NCBI GenBank assembly: GCA_937973565.1
Contig: CALJKQ010000064.1
Span: 3,671-67,670, forward strand
DNA: 64,000 nucleotides
Origin: an uncultured Saprospiraceae bacterium
Lineage (GTDB): Bacteria > Bacteroidota > Bacteroidia > Chitinophagales > Saprospiraceae
Direction of reading: 5' to 3'
Positions 18,537-29,266 of the stretch are shown piece by piece; position 1 is the stretch's first letter, and each line of letters starts with the position of its first letter. The notes under the pieces were generated by a model that saw only the letters and a list, made by a program, of their open reading frames with translations, had not been told where the DNA came from and searched no databases. Position numbers and translations under genes: made by a program.

Positions 18537-20726
18537 TCAGTTGGCAAATTCAGACATAAACTTGATGCGCACCAGACACAGCTCTTCCATGGTAATGTCC
18601 TCATCTTTGAGTGCCTTGAAAGCATCCATCAATGAATCCGACTCAGCCTCGCGGTAATATTCATAAATTTCCTCAATGATGTCGTGATCAATTTCCTCTT
18701 CGATATAATAGTCGAGGTCAAGCTTCGTACCACCGTCTACGATGAGGTTGAGTTCTTCGAGCAATTCCTCCATGGTCTTACCCACATTTCGGGCAATATC
18801 TTCCAGTGGCAGCTTTTTGTCGATGCCCTGAATAATGGTGACCTTGTCTTTACTTTTATTGGCAACCTGGCGAATCAGGATTTCATCCGGCCTGTCGATC
18901 TCGTTGTCTTCTACATATTTTTGAATCAGGGCGATGAAAGGTTTGCCATATTTGGCTGCCTTTCCCTGGTTGATGCCGGTAATTTTGAGCATGTCTTCGT
19001 GGCAAACCGGATAAAAAGTTGCCATTTCCTGGAGGGAGGGCTCCTGGAAGATAATCCAGGGCTGTACACCCAGTTTTTTAGCTTCTTTTTTGCGGAGTTC
19101 CAACAACATGTTCATAAGCGTTTCATCCAAAACAGTGCCGCTTCCTTCCCCTATTATCACATCGTCGCCTTCTGCATCGCTGAAATCGCGGTTCAACGGA
19201 ATGGTAATCGACCATGGTTTGTTGAGAAATTCGTGACCCTGCTCTGTAACCCTCAGCAGTCCGTATAATTCAATGTCCTTTTCAATCAGGTTGTTGAGGA
19301 TGCCGTGTCGGATGATGGAATGCCAATACAAATCTTCCTGATCTTTGCCGCATCCAAACAGTGGAAGTTTGTCGAAACGAAAATCTTTCATCTCCTTGGT
19401 GGCTTTGCCGGTAATGAATTCCACTACGGTTTTGATCAGAAACTTTTCATTGATTTCGAGGATGGCTTTAATGACCATGGCCATATCATGGTTGACCTCT
19501 ACTTTGTCTTTGGGGTGCCTGCAGTTGTCGCACATCTTGTCGCACTTCGATTCATCATATGGCTCACCAAAGTAATGCAACAAAAATTTTCTGCGACAGG
19601 CACTGGTTTCAGAATACGCAATGATTTCATCCATCAGCTGCGCCCCGAGCTCTCGTTCAGAAACGGGTTTGTCGCGCAGGAATTTTTCGAGTTTGAGAAT
19701 GTCTTTATACGAGTAAAAAGCAAGGCATTTCCCTTCCAGTCCGTCTCGTCCCCCGCGACCTGTTTCCTGGTAGTAGTTTTCAATGCTTTTGGGTATATCG
19801 TAATGGATCACAAAGCGCACATCCGGCTTATCGATGCCCATACCAAAGGCTATGGTGGCTACGATCACCTCGATTTCTTCCATCAGAAAATCATCCTGAA
19901 CCTTGGTGCGCACCTTGGCATCCAGACCTGCATGATAAGGGGCTGCTTTGATGCCATTTACCTGAAGAATTTTAGCCAGTTCTTCGGTCGTTTTTCGCGC
20001 CTGAACATAGATTATGCCCGATTTGGTGGGCATGGCTTTTACAAACTGAACGATCTCTCTTACGGTTTGATCTCTGTTTATTTTGGGTCTGATTTCGTAA
20101 AAAAGATTATCCCGGTTGAAGGAGGAGATGAATACATTCACATCCCTCATATTGAGGTTCTTCACAATATCCGACTGCACCTTGGGTGTTGCGGTGGCAG
20201 TAAGAGCCACCAGCGGTATATCGGTACCAATGGCACTGATCATGTTTCGGATTCTGCGGTACTCCGGTCGGAAGTCGTGACCCCATTCGGAGATACAGTG
20301 GGCTTCGTCGATGGCTACAAAGGACACATTGGTTTGTTGGAAAAACTCAATGTTTTCATCTTTGGTAAGGGTTTCCGGAGCCACAAACAACATCTTGGTA
20401 GTCCCGTTGGTGATGCCTTCTTTGACCTCCCGCATTTGGGTACGGGTAAGGGAGGAATTCAGAAATGAAGCCAGCTCATCGCTTTGAGAGTAGCCCCTGA
20501 TGCTGTCAACCTGGTTTTTCATAAGGGCTATCAGCGGTGATATGATCAAGGCGGTGCCCGGAAGCAGCAGGGCGGGTAATTGATAACAAAGCGACTTACC
20601 CCCGCCTGTAGGCATGATCACAAAAGTATCTTTGCCCGACATCACACTTTCAATGATTGCTTTCTGCTCTCCTTTAAAAGTGTCAAAGCCAAAGTATTCT
20701 TTTAATGATTTTTCGAGGCTATGCAT
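18537..20726 (-). CDS. recQ: ATP-dependent DNA helicase RecQ
   Basis: 729 aa. Walker A MPTGGGKSLCYQLPA, DEAH box AIDEAHCISEWGHDFRPEY, Zn-binding CRRKFLLHYFGE...CDKMCDNC, and a C-terminal HRDC-like region. Confidence 0.95.
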   Translation of the reverse strand: MHSLEKSLKEYFGFDTFKGEQKAIIESVMSGKDTFVIMPTGGGKSLCYQLPALLLPGTALIISPLIALMKNQVDSIRGYSQSDELASFLNSSLTRTQMREVKEGITNGTTKMLFVAPETLTKDENIEFFQQTNVSFVAIDEAHCISEWGHDFRPEYRRIRNMISAIGTDIPLVALTATATPKVQSDIVKNLNMRDVNVFISSFNRDNLFYEIRPKINRDQTVREIVQFVKAMPTKSGIIYVQARKTTEELAKILQVNGIKAAPYHAGLDAKVRTKVQDDFLMEEIEVIVATIAFGMGIDKPDVRFVIHYDIPKSIENYYQETGRGGRDGLEGKCLAFYSYKDILKLEKFLRDKPVSERELGAQLMDEIIAYSETSACRRKFLLHYFGEPYDESKCDKMCDNCRHPKDKVEVNHDMAMVIKAILEINEKFLIKTVVEFITGKATKEMKDFRFDKLPLFGCGKDQEDLYWHSIIRHGILNNLIEKDIELYGLLRVTEQGHEFLNKPWSITIPLNRDFSDAEGDDVIIGEGSGTVLDETLMNMLLELRKKEAKKLGVQPWIIFQEPSLQEMATFYPVCHEDMLKITGINQGKAAKYGKPFIALIQKYVEDNEIDRPDEILIRQVANKSKDKVTIIQGIDKKLPLEDIARNVGKTMEELLEELNLIVDGGTKLDLDYYIEEEIDHDIIEEIYEYYREAESDSLMDAFKALKDEDITMEELCLVRIKFMSEFAN

Positions 20727-20996
20727 CTATTGTATGTTATTAAATAACAGCTTTTTGTTTGATAAGAAAGCGATCTCCCAAAAGGGGGAAACGGCTCTTG
20801 TTTTTAGTGGATTTTGTACCCTGTTTTTACAAATGCCGTCTAAAGTTATCAAAAATTTCATGCAAACCCACAAATAAAATAATGAATTTTTATTTTACAT
20901 ATCGCAGATACGCTCCCTATCTTTGGCCGGTCTGATGATAATTGCGAATAAAATTCATCATTAAGCACAGGCAAAACACTAAAATACCGCCAACAA

Positions 20997-21959
20997 TTGG
21001 AAGCACAAATTTTAAATAGCATACACTCTACTTTGGAAATTGAAGCTCACACCCTCAATGCCATGCGGCAATCCATTGGCCCATCACACGTTGAGGCCGT
21101 TAAATTGCTGTATGCATGCCAGGGCAAGCTGGTGGTGACCGGCATAGGCAAGAGTGCCATCATTGGTCAGAAGATGGTTGCCACTTTCAATTCTACCGGC
21201 AGTAAGGCAGTATTTATGCATGCGGCTGATGCGGTTCATGGTGATCTGGGACAAATAGATAAAAGCGATGTGGTGATCTGCCTTTCCAAAAGTGGTGATA
21301 CCGCTGAGCTCAAAGTTTTATTACCTATTTTAAAGGCCATGGGCAATACAACCATAGCCATGGTATCCAATGCTTCCTCTTTTCTGGCCAACCAATGCGA
21401 TTTGTGTTTACTGCTTCCTGTCGAAAAGGAAGCAGACCCCAACAACCTGGCTCCTACGGCAAGTACGGTGGCGCAGCTGGCTATGGGTGATGCTCTGGCC
21501 ATGGCGCTGCTGCATCTCAAAGGATTCAGCTCAAAAGATTTTGCCCTTTTACACCCCGGAGGTAATCTTGGGAAGATGCTGTATACTACTGTAGGCGATC
21601 TTGCCTATAAAAATGCACAGCCTTTTGTGCATGCCGGTGCGCTCATCAAAGACGTCATCCTCACCATTTCATCGGGCAGATTGGGTGCTACCGCTGTGAC
21701 AGATGAAAACAAAAAGATTTTGGGCATCATTACCGACGGTGACTTAAGAAGAATGCTCATGAACCAAAGTTTTGGTGATCATATCAAAGCAGAACAGATT
21801 ATGTCTGCACACCCCAAAACCATTTCCGGCCAGGCTCTTGCCGTTGAAGCATTGGAACATATGAGGTCGTTGTCTATTTCGCAACTGCTGGTGGAAGAAA
21901 ACCAACAATACAAAGGTATCATCCACATGCACGATCTCATCCGGGAAGGCTTTGTTTAA
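20997..21959 (+). CDS. kpsF: KpsF/GutQ-family arabinose-5-phosphate isomerase (SIS + tandem CBS)
   Basis: SIS motifs GKLVVTGIGKSAIIGQK and CLSKSGDTAEL. C-terminal CBS pair. TTG start as listed; the true start is uncertain. Confidence 0.88.
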   Translation: MEAQILNSIHSTLEIEAHTLNAMRQSIGPSHVEAVKLLYACQGKLVVTGIGKSAIIGQKMVATFNSTGSKAVFMHAADAVHGDLGQIDKSDVVICLSKSGDTAELKVLLPILKAMGNTTIAMVSNASSFLANQCDLCLLLPVEKEADPNNLAPTASTVAQLAMGDALAMALLHLKGFSSKDFALLHPGGNLGKMLYTTVGDLAYKNAQPFVHAGALIKDVILTISSGRLGATAVTDENKKILGIITDGDLRRMLMNQSFGDHIKAEQIMSAHPKTISGQALAVEALEHMRSLSISQLLVEENQQYKGIIHMHDLIREGFV

Positions 21960-22274
21960 AAACCAACATTACAAGAATAAAATTTCGAATTGATGGGTAA
22001 AGCAATAGTTAATTCTTTACCATTCGACACTTTTCTTAGCACACCAAATAATATGTGGCACACACTGTTAATCCTGCTTTTCCGGGTTAAAAAGATGGTG
22101 TGTATCGAAATTTGGACCTTTGAGAAGGACGATGCAGGCTGTATGTATTTAATAATCAATGGTGTGATATATAAAATATATTTTAGTCAAATGGAGCTTT
22201 ATCAAAATTTTATGCTTTAAAAATTTAAGTTTGGGTTAATTACTATATTTTTAGACCGAAATTCAAAACTAATT

Positions 22275-23954
22275 ATGAGCACAGCAACAACACAAAGTTC
22301 ACGTCACCCCAAAGGTTTATGGGTACTGTTTGGTACCGAAATGTGGGAGCGTTTCAATTTTTACGGAATGCGCACATTGTTGACGCTATTCATTGTTCAC
22401 GCACTGATGATGAGCGAGGAACAATCTTCACTCATATATGGCGGCTTTTTAGGTTTATGTTACCTGACACCCATGTTGGGCGGTTTCATTTCTGACCGAT
22501 TTTTAGGCAACAGAAACTGTATTCTTATCGGGGGACTTTTAATGGCAACAGGTCAGTTTCTCCTGTTTACGAGTGCCACTACATTTGGCGTAAATCTTGA
22601 ATTGGCAAAAACACTCTTGTATGTTGCCTTAGGTGTATTGATATTTGGAAATGGTTTTTTCAAACCCAATATTTCCAGCATGGTTACCAACCTGTATCCA
22701 AAGGAAGAAAAGAGCAAGCTGGATACAGCCTTCACCATATTTTATATGGGTATCAATGTGGGCGCATTTTTAGGTCAATTCATTTGCCCTGCATTGGGAG
22801 ATGTGGTGGATGCCAATGGAACCAGGGATGTATTTGCATTCAAATGGGGCTTTTTTGCAGCAGGTGTTGCGATGTTGATCGGCACACTTACCTTTTATTT
22901 GCTGAAAGATAAATATGTGGTTACTCCGGAAGGAAGGCCCCTGGGTGGCTTGCCAAAACACAACATTGCATCCGATTATGAAGAAGGAGAGTCACAAAAA
23001 GCTGTTTTTTCAAGCAAATCATTGATGCTGGCCGTTATCGCATTTATTGGCTTGGCACTCACATTCTATTTTGTGATTGGACAAAACATCGTTTATTCAG
23101 CCATTTATGCCAGCGGACTTACCCTGGCAGGGTTGATTTTGACAGACTCTTCCTTATCAAAAGTTGAAATGGACAGAATCCTGGTGATCTATATAGTTTC
23201 CTTTTTTGTGATCTTCTTTTGGGCAGCCTTTGAGCAGGCCGGTTCTTCATTGACCTTTATAGCCAATAATCAGACAGACAGAAATTTCTTTGGCTGGAAC
23301 ATGCCTCCGTCTATGGTTCAGATCTTTAATGGCATATTTGTGGTCATGCTGGCCATCCCGTTCAGTATGTTGTGGGATAAGTTAAGGGCAAACGGTAAGG
23401 AACCCATTTCTCCCGTTAAACAAGCCATCGGACTTGCCACCATTGCCTTAGCCTATTTTATCATAGCCAATAACGTAAAAGATCTGGGTACTACCGGACT
23501 ATTGGGCATCAAGTGGCTTATTTTGTTGTATCTATTGCAAACGATAGGTGAGCTTTGTTTGTCTCCGATCGGACTCTCTCTGGTGGGTAAACTGGCCCCT
23601 AAGAGGTTTACTTCTTTGCTGTATGGTGTATTTTTCTTATCCAATGCTTCCGGATATGCTTTGGCCGGAACCCTGGGATCCATTTTGCCTGCTACCGGAG
23701 ATAAATTCAAAACAGCGAGCGATATGGGCATTGATCTGCAAGCGATATTGGATAAAAAGATAACACCTACTCCGGAACAATTGCAAATGCTGGCAGATAA
23801 AAACATCATGGATCATTATCCGGTTTTTGCAGGATTTCAGATCACCAACCTGTACGAGTTCTTTATGGTGTTTGTGGTGCTTTGCGGCATTGCTGCTTTG
23901 ATATTGTTTTCTTTGAGTCCTGTACTCAAAAGGATGATGCACGGTGTAAAATAA
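22275..23954 (+). CDS. POT/PTR2-family di-/tripeptide:proton symporter (copy 1)
   Basis: ExxERFxYYG motif (FGTEMWERFNFYGMR), FGNGFFKPNISS, about 14 TM. Confidence 0.9.
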   Translation: MSTATTQSSRHPKGLWVLFGTEMWERFNFYGMRTLLTLFIVHALMMSEEQSSLIYGGFLGLCYLTPMLGGFISDRFLGNRNCILIGGLLMATGQFLLFTSATTFGVNLELAKTLLYVALGVLIFGNGFFKPNISSMVTNLYPKEEKSKLDTAFTIFYMGINVGAFLGQFICPALGDVVDANGTRDVFAFKWGFFAAGVAMLIGTLTFYLLKDKYVVTPEGRPLGGLPKHNIASDYEEGESQKAVFSSKSLMLAVIAFIGLALTFYFVIGQNIVYSAIYASGLTLAGLILTDSSLSKVEMDRILVIYIVSFFVIFFWAAFEQAGSSLTFIANNQTDRNFFGWNMPPSMVQIFNGIFVVMLAIPFSMLWDKLRANGKEPISPVKQAIGLATIALAYFIIANNVKDLGTTGLLGIKWLILLYLLQTIGELCLSPIGLSLVGKLAPKRFTSLLYGVFFLSNASGYALAGTLGSILPATGDKFKTASDMGIDLQAILDKKITPTPEQLQMLADKNIMDHYPVFAGFQITNLYEFFMVFVVLCGIAALILFSLSPVLKRMMHGVK

Positions 23955-23979
23955 CTTTTGACTTTAAGCAGTAATAACC

Positions 23980-25749
23980 ATGTCTAATATTTCATCTTCC
24001 GGGACTGAACAAGGATCGGGCAGTGACTTTTTTTCTCAAAAAGTACTGGGTCATCCCGCCGGCCTGTTTGTATTGTTTTTCACTGAAATGTGGGAAAGGT
24101 TTTCGTATTACGGTATGCGCTCGCTGCTGGTTTTGTTTCTCACTTCCAACCTGATAGATGGTGGCTGGGCATGGGAAAGAAAAACGGCTTTGGCACTGTA
24201 CGGTACCTATACATCTATGGTTTACCTCACACCCATTATAGGTGGTTTTGTAGCCGATCGATTTTTGGGTTCCCGTAAAACTGTTTTACTGGGAGCTTTC
24301 ATCATGGCTATGGGACACGCTTCGATGGCGCTGGAAACACCGGCATTCCTTTACATAGGTTTGTTATGCCTTATTTTTGGTAATGGCTTTTTTAAACCCA
24401 ATATGACATCCATCGTTTCCCAGTTGTACAAAGACCACGCAGAGAAAAAGGATGCTGCTTATACCATATTTTATATGGGTGTAAATTCCGGTGCATTCCT
24501 GGGCATGATGTTGTGTGGCTATATTGGAGAAAAAGTAGACTGGAGTTATGGCTTTGGATTGGCCGGCATCTTTATGCTGCTGGGTTTGGTCATGTTCTAT
24601 TTTTTCCAGGGCATCTTTGGCGATGTGGGTTTAAAACCACTGGTTACAGCCAATTCAAAATCCAGTGAACCCAATGCAGTGGCATCCGATGGCGACAAAA
24701 GAAATCCCTTTCTGACGATCGATATTGTACTCATCATTTTAGCGGCCATAATTGCACTCGTATGGGTGATCAACGACCCCATGTCTAAAATATACAACTT
24801 TAATATTTTCGGGGATTCAACCACTGCTGATTATGTAATGCTGGGAGGCGTCATTATCTTTCTTTTCATTTTGTTTTCGCGTTTGGTTCGATACAGTAAG
24901 ATCACAAGAGAGAAACTCATAGCCCTGTGCATGATTGCCTTCTTTTATATGCTATTCTGGGCGGCCTTTGAACAGGCCGGAGGTTCTATGAGCATCTTTG
25001 CCAAAGACTATGTAGATCGCAGTCTAACCGGTGGTTTTGCCACTACATTCAAGGTCATCAATACTTTGCTCACAGTTGTGCCCCTGGCCATTATTACCTG
25101 GGTGCTTACCAAGCTATTCAGAGTTACCTTTGGCAAGTATGCCATTGCCAATATGGTTTTGATATCCAGTTTTGTCATCATTTGGGGCATTGTTATATGG
25201 ATGCTCAACCGCGAATTCAACAATGAGGGCACAGAAGTGCAGGCTTCCTGGTTTCAGATATTGAATTCATTTTTCATCATTACCCTGGCACCCATGTTTA
25301 CCAAGTTGTGGGAAAGCAAATACAATCCACCGGTGGCCTTTAAGTATGCCATGGGACTTACGTTTCTGGGCATTGGTTTTTATGCGCTCTCGTATGGTTC
25401 ATCTGCCATTCCGGCCGGTGCACAAACCGCAGCCGTGAGTATGATCTGGCTGGTAGTTGCCTACCTTTTTCACACCATGGGAGAATTGTGTATATCGCCG
25501 GTTGGCTTGTCGAATGTAAGTAAGCTGGCACCTGCCAGAATGATATCCATAATGTTTGGCGTATGGTATTTGTCCATAGCCATTGGAAATAAGATTGCCG
25601 GTAAGCTGGGAGGTGAAATGGATGCTATTTCACAGTCTTACGGCATGGGCAACTTCTTCCTGATTTTTACCATCATACCTTTTGGAGCAGCCGTTTTGGT
25701 TGCCGTTCTTCATCCGGTATTTAAAAAACTAATGAATGGAGTCCAATAA
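23980..25749 (+). CDS. POT/PTR2-family di-/tripeptide:proton symporter (copy 2)
   Basis: FFTEMWERFSYYGMR, FGNGFFKPNMTS. Confidence 0.9.
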   Translation: MSNISSSGTEQGSGSDFFSQKVLGHPAGLFVLFFTEMWERFSYYGMRSLLVLFLTSNLIDGGWAWERKTALALYGTYTSMVYLTPIIGGFVADRFLGSRKTVLLGAFIMAMGHASMALETPAFLYIGLLCLIFGNGFFKPNMTSIVSQLYKDHAEKKDAAYTIFYMGVNSGAFLGMMLCGYIGEKVDWSYGFGLAGIFMLLGLVMFYFFQGIFGDVGLKPLVTANSKSSEPNAVASDGDKRNPFLTIDIVLIILAAIIALVWVINDPMSKIYNFNIFGDSTTADYVMLGGVIIFLFILFSRLVRYSKITREKLIALCMIAFFYMLFWAAFEQAGGSMSIFAKDYVDRSLTGGFATTFKVINTLLTVVPLAIITWVLTKLFRVTFGKYAIANMVLISSFVIIWGIVIWMLNREFNNEGTEVQASWFQILNSFFIITLAPMFTKLWESKYNPPVAFKYAMGLTFLGIGFYALSYGSSAIPAGAQTAAVSMIWLVVAYLFHTMGELCISPVGLSNVSKLAPARMISIMFGVWYLSIAIGNKIAGKLGGEMDAISQSYGMGNFFLIFTIIPFGAAVLVAVLHPVFKKLMNGVQ

Positions 25750-27268
25750 CCAAACGCAGGCAGTAGACACTGCACTCGAAGAAATCCGCAACTTCAAAGG
25801 GCAATACCCCAGGCAGCTGTGGTATCTTTTCTTCTCTGAAATGTGGGAGCGCTTTTGCTTTTATGGCATGAGAGGCATGCTGGTCATTTTTATGGTCAAC
25901 CAGTTGATGCTCGATGCTACCCAGGCCAACCTGCAATACGGTGCCACCCAGGCTTTTGTATATGCATTTACTTTTATTGGCGGACTTTTTGCCGATAAAA
26001 TTTTGGGCTACCGGAAATCCCTGTACTGGGGCGGTCTTTTGATGATTGTAGGCAGTATGATTCTTGCCATCGATCCGGTGCGTTTTTTCTTTTTTGGCAT
26101 CAGTTTCACGATTGTAGGTACCGGCTTTTTTAAGCCCAATATCTCTACCATGGTAGGTACGCTTTACCACGATGGTGATACCCGGAGAGATGCGGGTTTT
26201 TCACTGTTTTATGCAGGTATCAACCTGGGTGCGCTCATCGGCGGTTATCTATGCGTTGCAGTAGGTAAGGGCGAAATGCTCACCTCTTTGGTGCCTGCCC
26301 ATCTCACGTGGAATGTCGCTTTTGGCTTTGCAGCTCTGGTCATGATCATCAGTCTGCTCACCTTTACTTTTACCCAAAGAAGCATGGGTAATATAGGTTT
26401 GTCTCCACTGTTGCACCTTGATGCGTCCAAAAGAAGAAACCTCGAATGGCTTACCTATGTGGGTTCGCTGGTGATTATTCCTTTAATCATGACCATGGTT
26501 TCCAAAACTGAATACACGGATATATTCATGTATATCATTGGCCCGACCACATTGGTTTATCTTGCCTATGAAATGCGTAACTTTTCGGTGTCGGAGCGAA
26601 AAAAACTATTGGCAGCATTGGTCTTTATCTTTTTCTCTATTTTGTTTTGGGCCTTTTTTGAACAAAGTGGAGGGTCGCTCAGTCTTTTTGCAGAAAAAAA
26701 TCTCGATAAGAACCTGGTAGGTATGACCCTTGATCCCAATGGTGTCAACAACTCGGCCAACTCTCTTTTTGTCATCTTGTTTGCTGCCTTGTTGGGCATG
26801 GTATGGGTCGCCCTTGCGAAAAAAGGATGGGAACCCAATACCTTAGTTAAATTTGGACTGGGCTTTTTGTTTTTGGCAGCAGGGTTTTACATCTTTTATA
26901 CAACCCAGTTTTTTGCCAATGATCAGGGCGTTACCTCTTTGAATGTGTTTACCCTGGCATGGTTGGTCATCACATTTGGTGAGTTATCGTTATCTCCCAT
27001 CGGCATGTCCATCATGACCAAGTTATCGCCTGTAAAACTGCAGGCCATTATGATGGGCATGTGGTTTTTGGCCAGTGCGTACGGACAATACTTTGCCGGC
27101 ATCCTGGGTGCCAACATTGCGGAAGCATCTGCCAATGCATCTAACCTTGAACAGTTGATTACCTATACCAATGGTTATCGCCAGTTGGCTATATACGCAC
27201 TTATATCGGGGGTGGTGTTGATCGTCATTTCTCCTTACGTGAGAAAACTCATGCAGGAAGTCAAATAG
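25736..27268 (+). CDS. POT/PTR2-family di-/tripeptide:proton symporter (copy 3)
   Basis: FFSEMWERFCFYGMR, VGTGFFKPNIST. Its start overlaps the end of copy 2 by 14 bp. Confidence 0.9.
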   Translation: MESNNQTQAVDTALEEIRNFKGQYPRQLWYLFFSEMWERFCFYGMRGMLVIFMVNQLMLDATQANLQYGATQAFVYAFTFIGGLFADKILGYRKSLYWGGLLMIVGSMILAIDPVRFFFFGISFTIVGTGFFKPNISTMVGTLYHDGDTRRDAGFSLFYAGINLGALIGGYLCVAVGKGEMLTSLVPAHLTWNVAFGFAALVMIISLLTFTFTQRSMGNIGLSPLLHLDASKRRNLEWLTYVGSLVIIPLIMTMVSKTEYTDIFMYIIGPTTLVYLAYEMRNFSVSERKKLLAALVFIFFSILFWAFFEQSGGSLSLFAEKNLDKNLVGMTLDPNGVNNSANSLFVILFAALLGMVWVALAKKGWEPNTLVKFGLGFLFLAAGFYIFYTTQFFANDQGVTSLNVFTLAWLVITFGELSLSPIGMSIMTKLSPVKLQAIMMGMWFLASAYGQYFAGILGANIAEASANASNLEQLITYTNGYRQLAIYALISGVVLIVISPYVRKLMQEVK

Positions 27269-27271
27269 GGC

Positions 27272-29242
27272 TTACCAAAATCTTTTATAACTGATTACAG
27301 GGATGAGCCCGAGCTGGGCTTCAATGAAGGGTCCATTGGGTCCCGGCCTCAGATGTCCATCGTTTTGTCTGTTGGTTAGGTTTTGTATATCGAGTGATAA
27401 CATTGATTTTCCGCGGGTATAATTGATCCTTGCATCGCATCGCAGGTAGTGATCAAATTGTCCAATAGGGGGTGAATCAAAATTGCGGATGGCCAGATAG
27501 TTATTGGGATAAATTCCAAAATAATACTGCCCTCCTCTGTAATGACAGGAAACGGCTATGCTGAGCAGGCCGCGTTTCAGGGTTAGGGTTTTGCCGATAT
27601 TCACATTTCCCATCCATCCAAAGTCGTTTTCTGCATTTTGCCAGTCTTCAAAACTGTTGTTTTTGTATTTTGTATTCAGGAGGCTGTGATTGAAATTAAG
27701 CCACCAATTTTTACCGGCATCCCATTCCAGGGCAATACTAATGCCCTGTGATTTGCCCCTTCCTTCATTACTGAGATTTTCAACAAAGGTATAATCAAAA
27801 CCATGGAGGTAGTTGTAATGCAAAGAATCTGCCGGCAGTTTAGAAAAGCTGTGGTAAAACAATGAAATACTGCTTCTAAATCGATGAGCCGTTATTTTAT
27901 AATCCAACATGTAGTTTAATCCTATGATGTCTGACAAATCAATATTCTCCGGCCTAATGGCATAACTTGCATTCCTTGAAAAGGAAGCCGATACACTATG
28001 GATGCCTTTAAAATATTCCAGGTTCACAGTTGGCAGGATGTTGAAATCCTGGATGTGGGATAGGCTCAGGTTGTTATGCAATTTGATGTTTGAAAAAAGA
28101 TAGAAGCTTTTGTTCAATGACAGCAACACGGAACTGTTTTGTTGATCAATGTTTTTGGGACGGATATTTTCCACACTTAGTTCTGAAGCATAATGGTCAA
28201 ACATATAGCGGACTTCCCACCTCCATCCTTTAGGAGTCAAAAGTGATGACTTGACCGAAAATTTTTCTTGGGTGTTTTCAAAAGAATCACTTACACTGTA
28301 AACACTGCCATCCTGAAAATTGACCAAGCCATTGGCAGAACGATGGTCGTTTCTCTGAGAAAAGGAAAGGCCAAAATCCATTTTATACCCTCCTTTAAAT
28401 TCCTGCCGTCCGAGCCATTGTGTGGTAATATTTTGCGATGTATAACCGATGTTTTGACCGTCTTTGTAATTCAGGTATGGAGGTTCACCTGCTGTGTGCT
28501 GATTGTTGCTTCTGCCGGCTGCCACCAGCAGGGTTGAGTGAAAGGACTTATGCTGCCCGGAAACACCCACCATAAGGTCATCGAAACGGATAGCTTCATT
28601 GCCAAAAGAGACACCCAGGTCATCCAGCAAGCCGGTAAATGAGTACCTATAGTTGGCAAACACCCGGGTATTGTCTTTCCATACCTTGTGTAAGCCGGCT
28701 TCCAGGCCCAACAAGCTGAGTTGCAGGTAATTTTGTCGTTGAGTTGATATTTGCATATCGGCCATACCCCCCAAAGCCCAACCTGATTTACCGGGAGACG
28801 AAGGAGCAATAAACTGCATGCCATCCAGTATATTACCGCTGAACATGTTTACGCCTCCCGCAGATGGGCTGGCCAGGTCGCTGAGGGTACCTGCATTGCT
28901 CAGGTGGTTGGGATTGACAATATCCAGGCCATTAAGTCTCCAGGCATTTAAGTGCGATGGAAGTCCATGATAAAGAATTCCGTTGGCCTGATCGTTGGCA
29001 ATGGCTATTCCGGGGAAATGCAGTAAGATTCGTGCGGGATCATCGAAGCCACCCGGTAGCCTTTTGAAATCCCGATTGCTAAGCGATATCTTTTGGGCAT
29101 TAAAACTTTTTTTAGAAATAAAAACCACCGTATCCGCAGATACCTGCCACAGAGAGTCAGATTGAGCGCGGCTCTGCCAGGAAACAATAAGTAGGAGCAG
29201 GCACATTATCCGGCCATGACTCAATATTGGATAAAGCTTCAA
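27272..29242 (-). CDS. TonB-dependent receptor-like outer-membrane protein
   Basis: Signal peptide ...SWQSRAQ, plug-like FKRLPGGFDDPARILLHFPGIA, long beta-barrel, C-terminal ...ISYKRFW. Lies 24 bp downstream of the LacI gene on the same strand. Confidence 0.7.
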   Translation of the reverse strand: MKLYPILSHGRIMCLLLLIVSWQSRAQSDSLWQVSADTVVFISKKSFNAQKISLSNRDFKRLPGGFDDPARILLHFPGIAIANDQANGILYHGLPSHLNAWRLNGLDIVNPNHLSNAGTLSDLASPSAGGVNMFSGNILDGMQFIAPSSPGKSGWALGGMADMQISTQRQNYLQLSLLGLEAGLHKVWKDNTRVFANYRYSFTGLLDDLGVSFGNEAIRFDDLMVGVSGQHKSFHSTLLVAAGRSNNQHTAGEPPYLNYKDGQNIGYTSQNITTQWLGRQEFKGGYKMDFGLSFSQRNDHRSANGLVNFQDGSVYSVSDSFENTQEKFSVKSSLLTPKGWRWEVRYMFDHYASELSVENIRPKNIDQQNSSVLLSLNKSFYLFSNIKLHNNLSLSHIQDFNILPTVNLEYFKGIHSVSASFSRNASYAIRPENIDLSDIIGLNYMLDYKITAHRFRSSISLFYHSFSKLPADSLHYNYLHGFDYTFVENLSNEGRGKSQGISIALEWDAGKNWWLNFNHSLLNTKYKNNSFEDWQNAENDFGWMGNVNIGKTLTLKRGLLSIAVSCHYRGGQYYFGIYPNNYLAIRNFDSPPIGQFDHYLRCDARINYTRGKSMLSLDIQNLTNRQNDGHLRPGPNGPFIEAQLGLIPVISYKRFW

Positions 29243-29266
29243 ATCTTACAGTTGAAATAACAAAAA

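Noticed and set aside
19305-20468. 387-aa ORF on the plus strand (plus 18684..19268, 194 aa)
   Set aside because: Both are antisense to recQ, whose helicase motifs are unambiguous. They are shadow ORFs.
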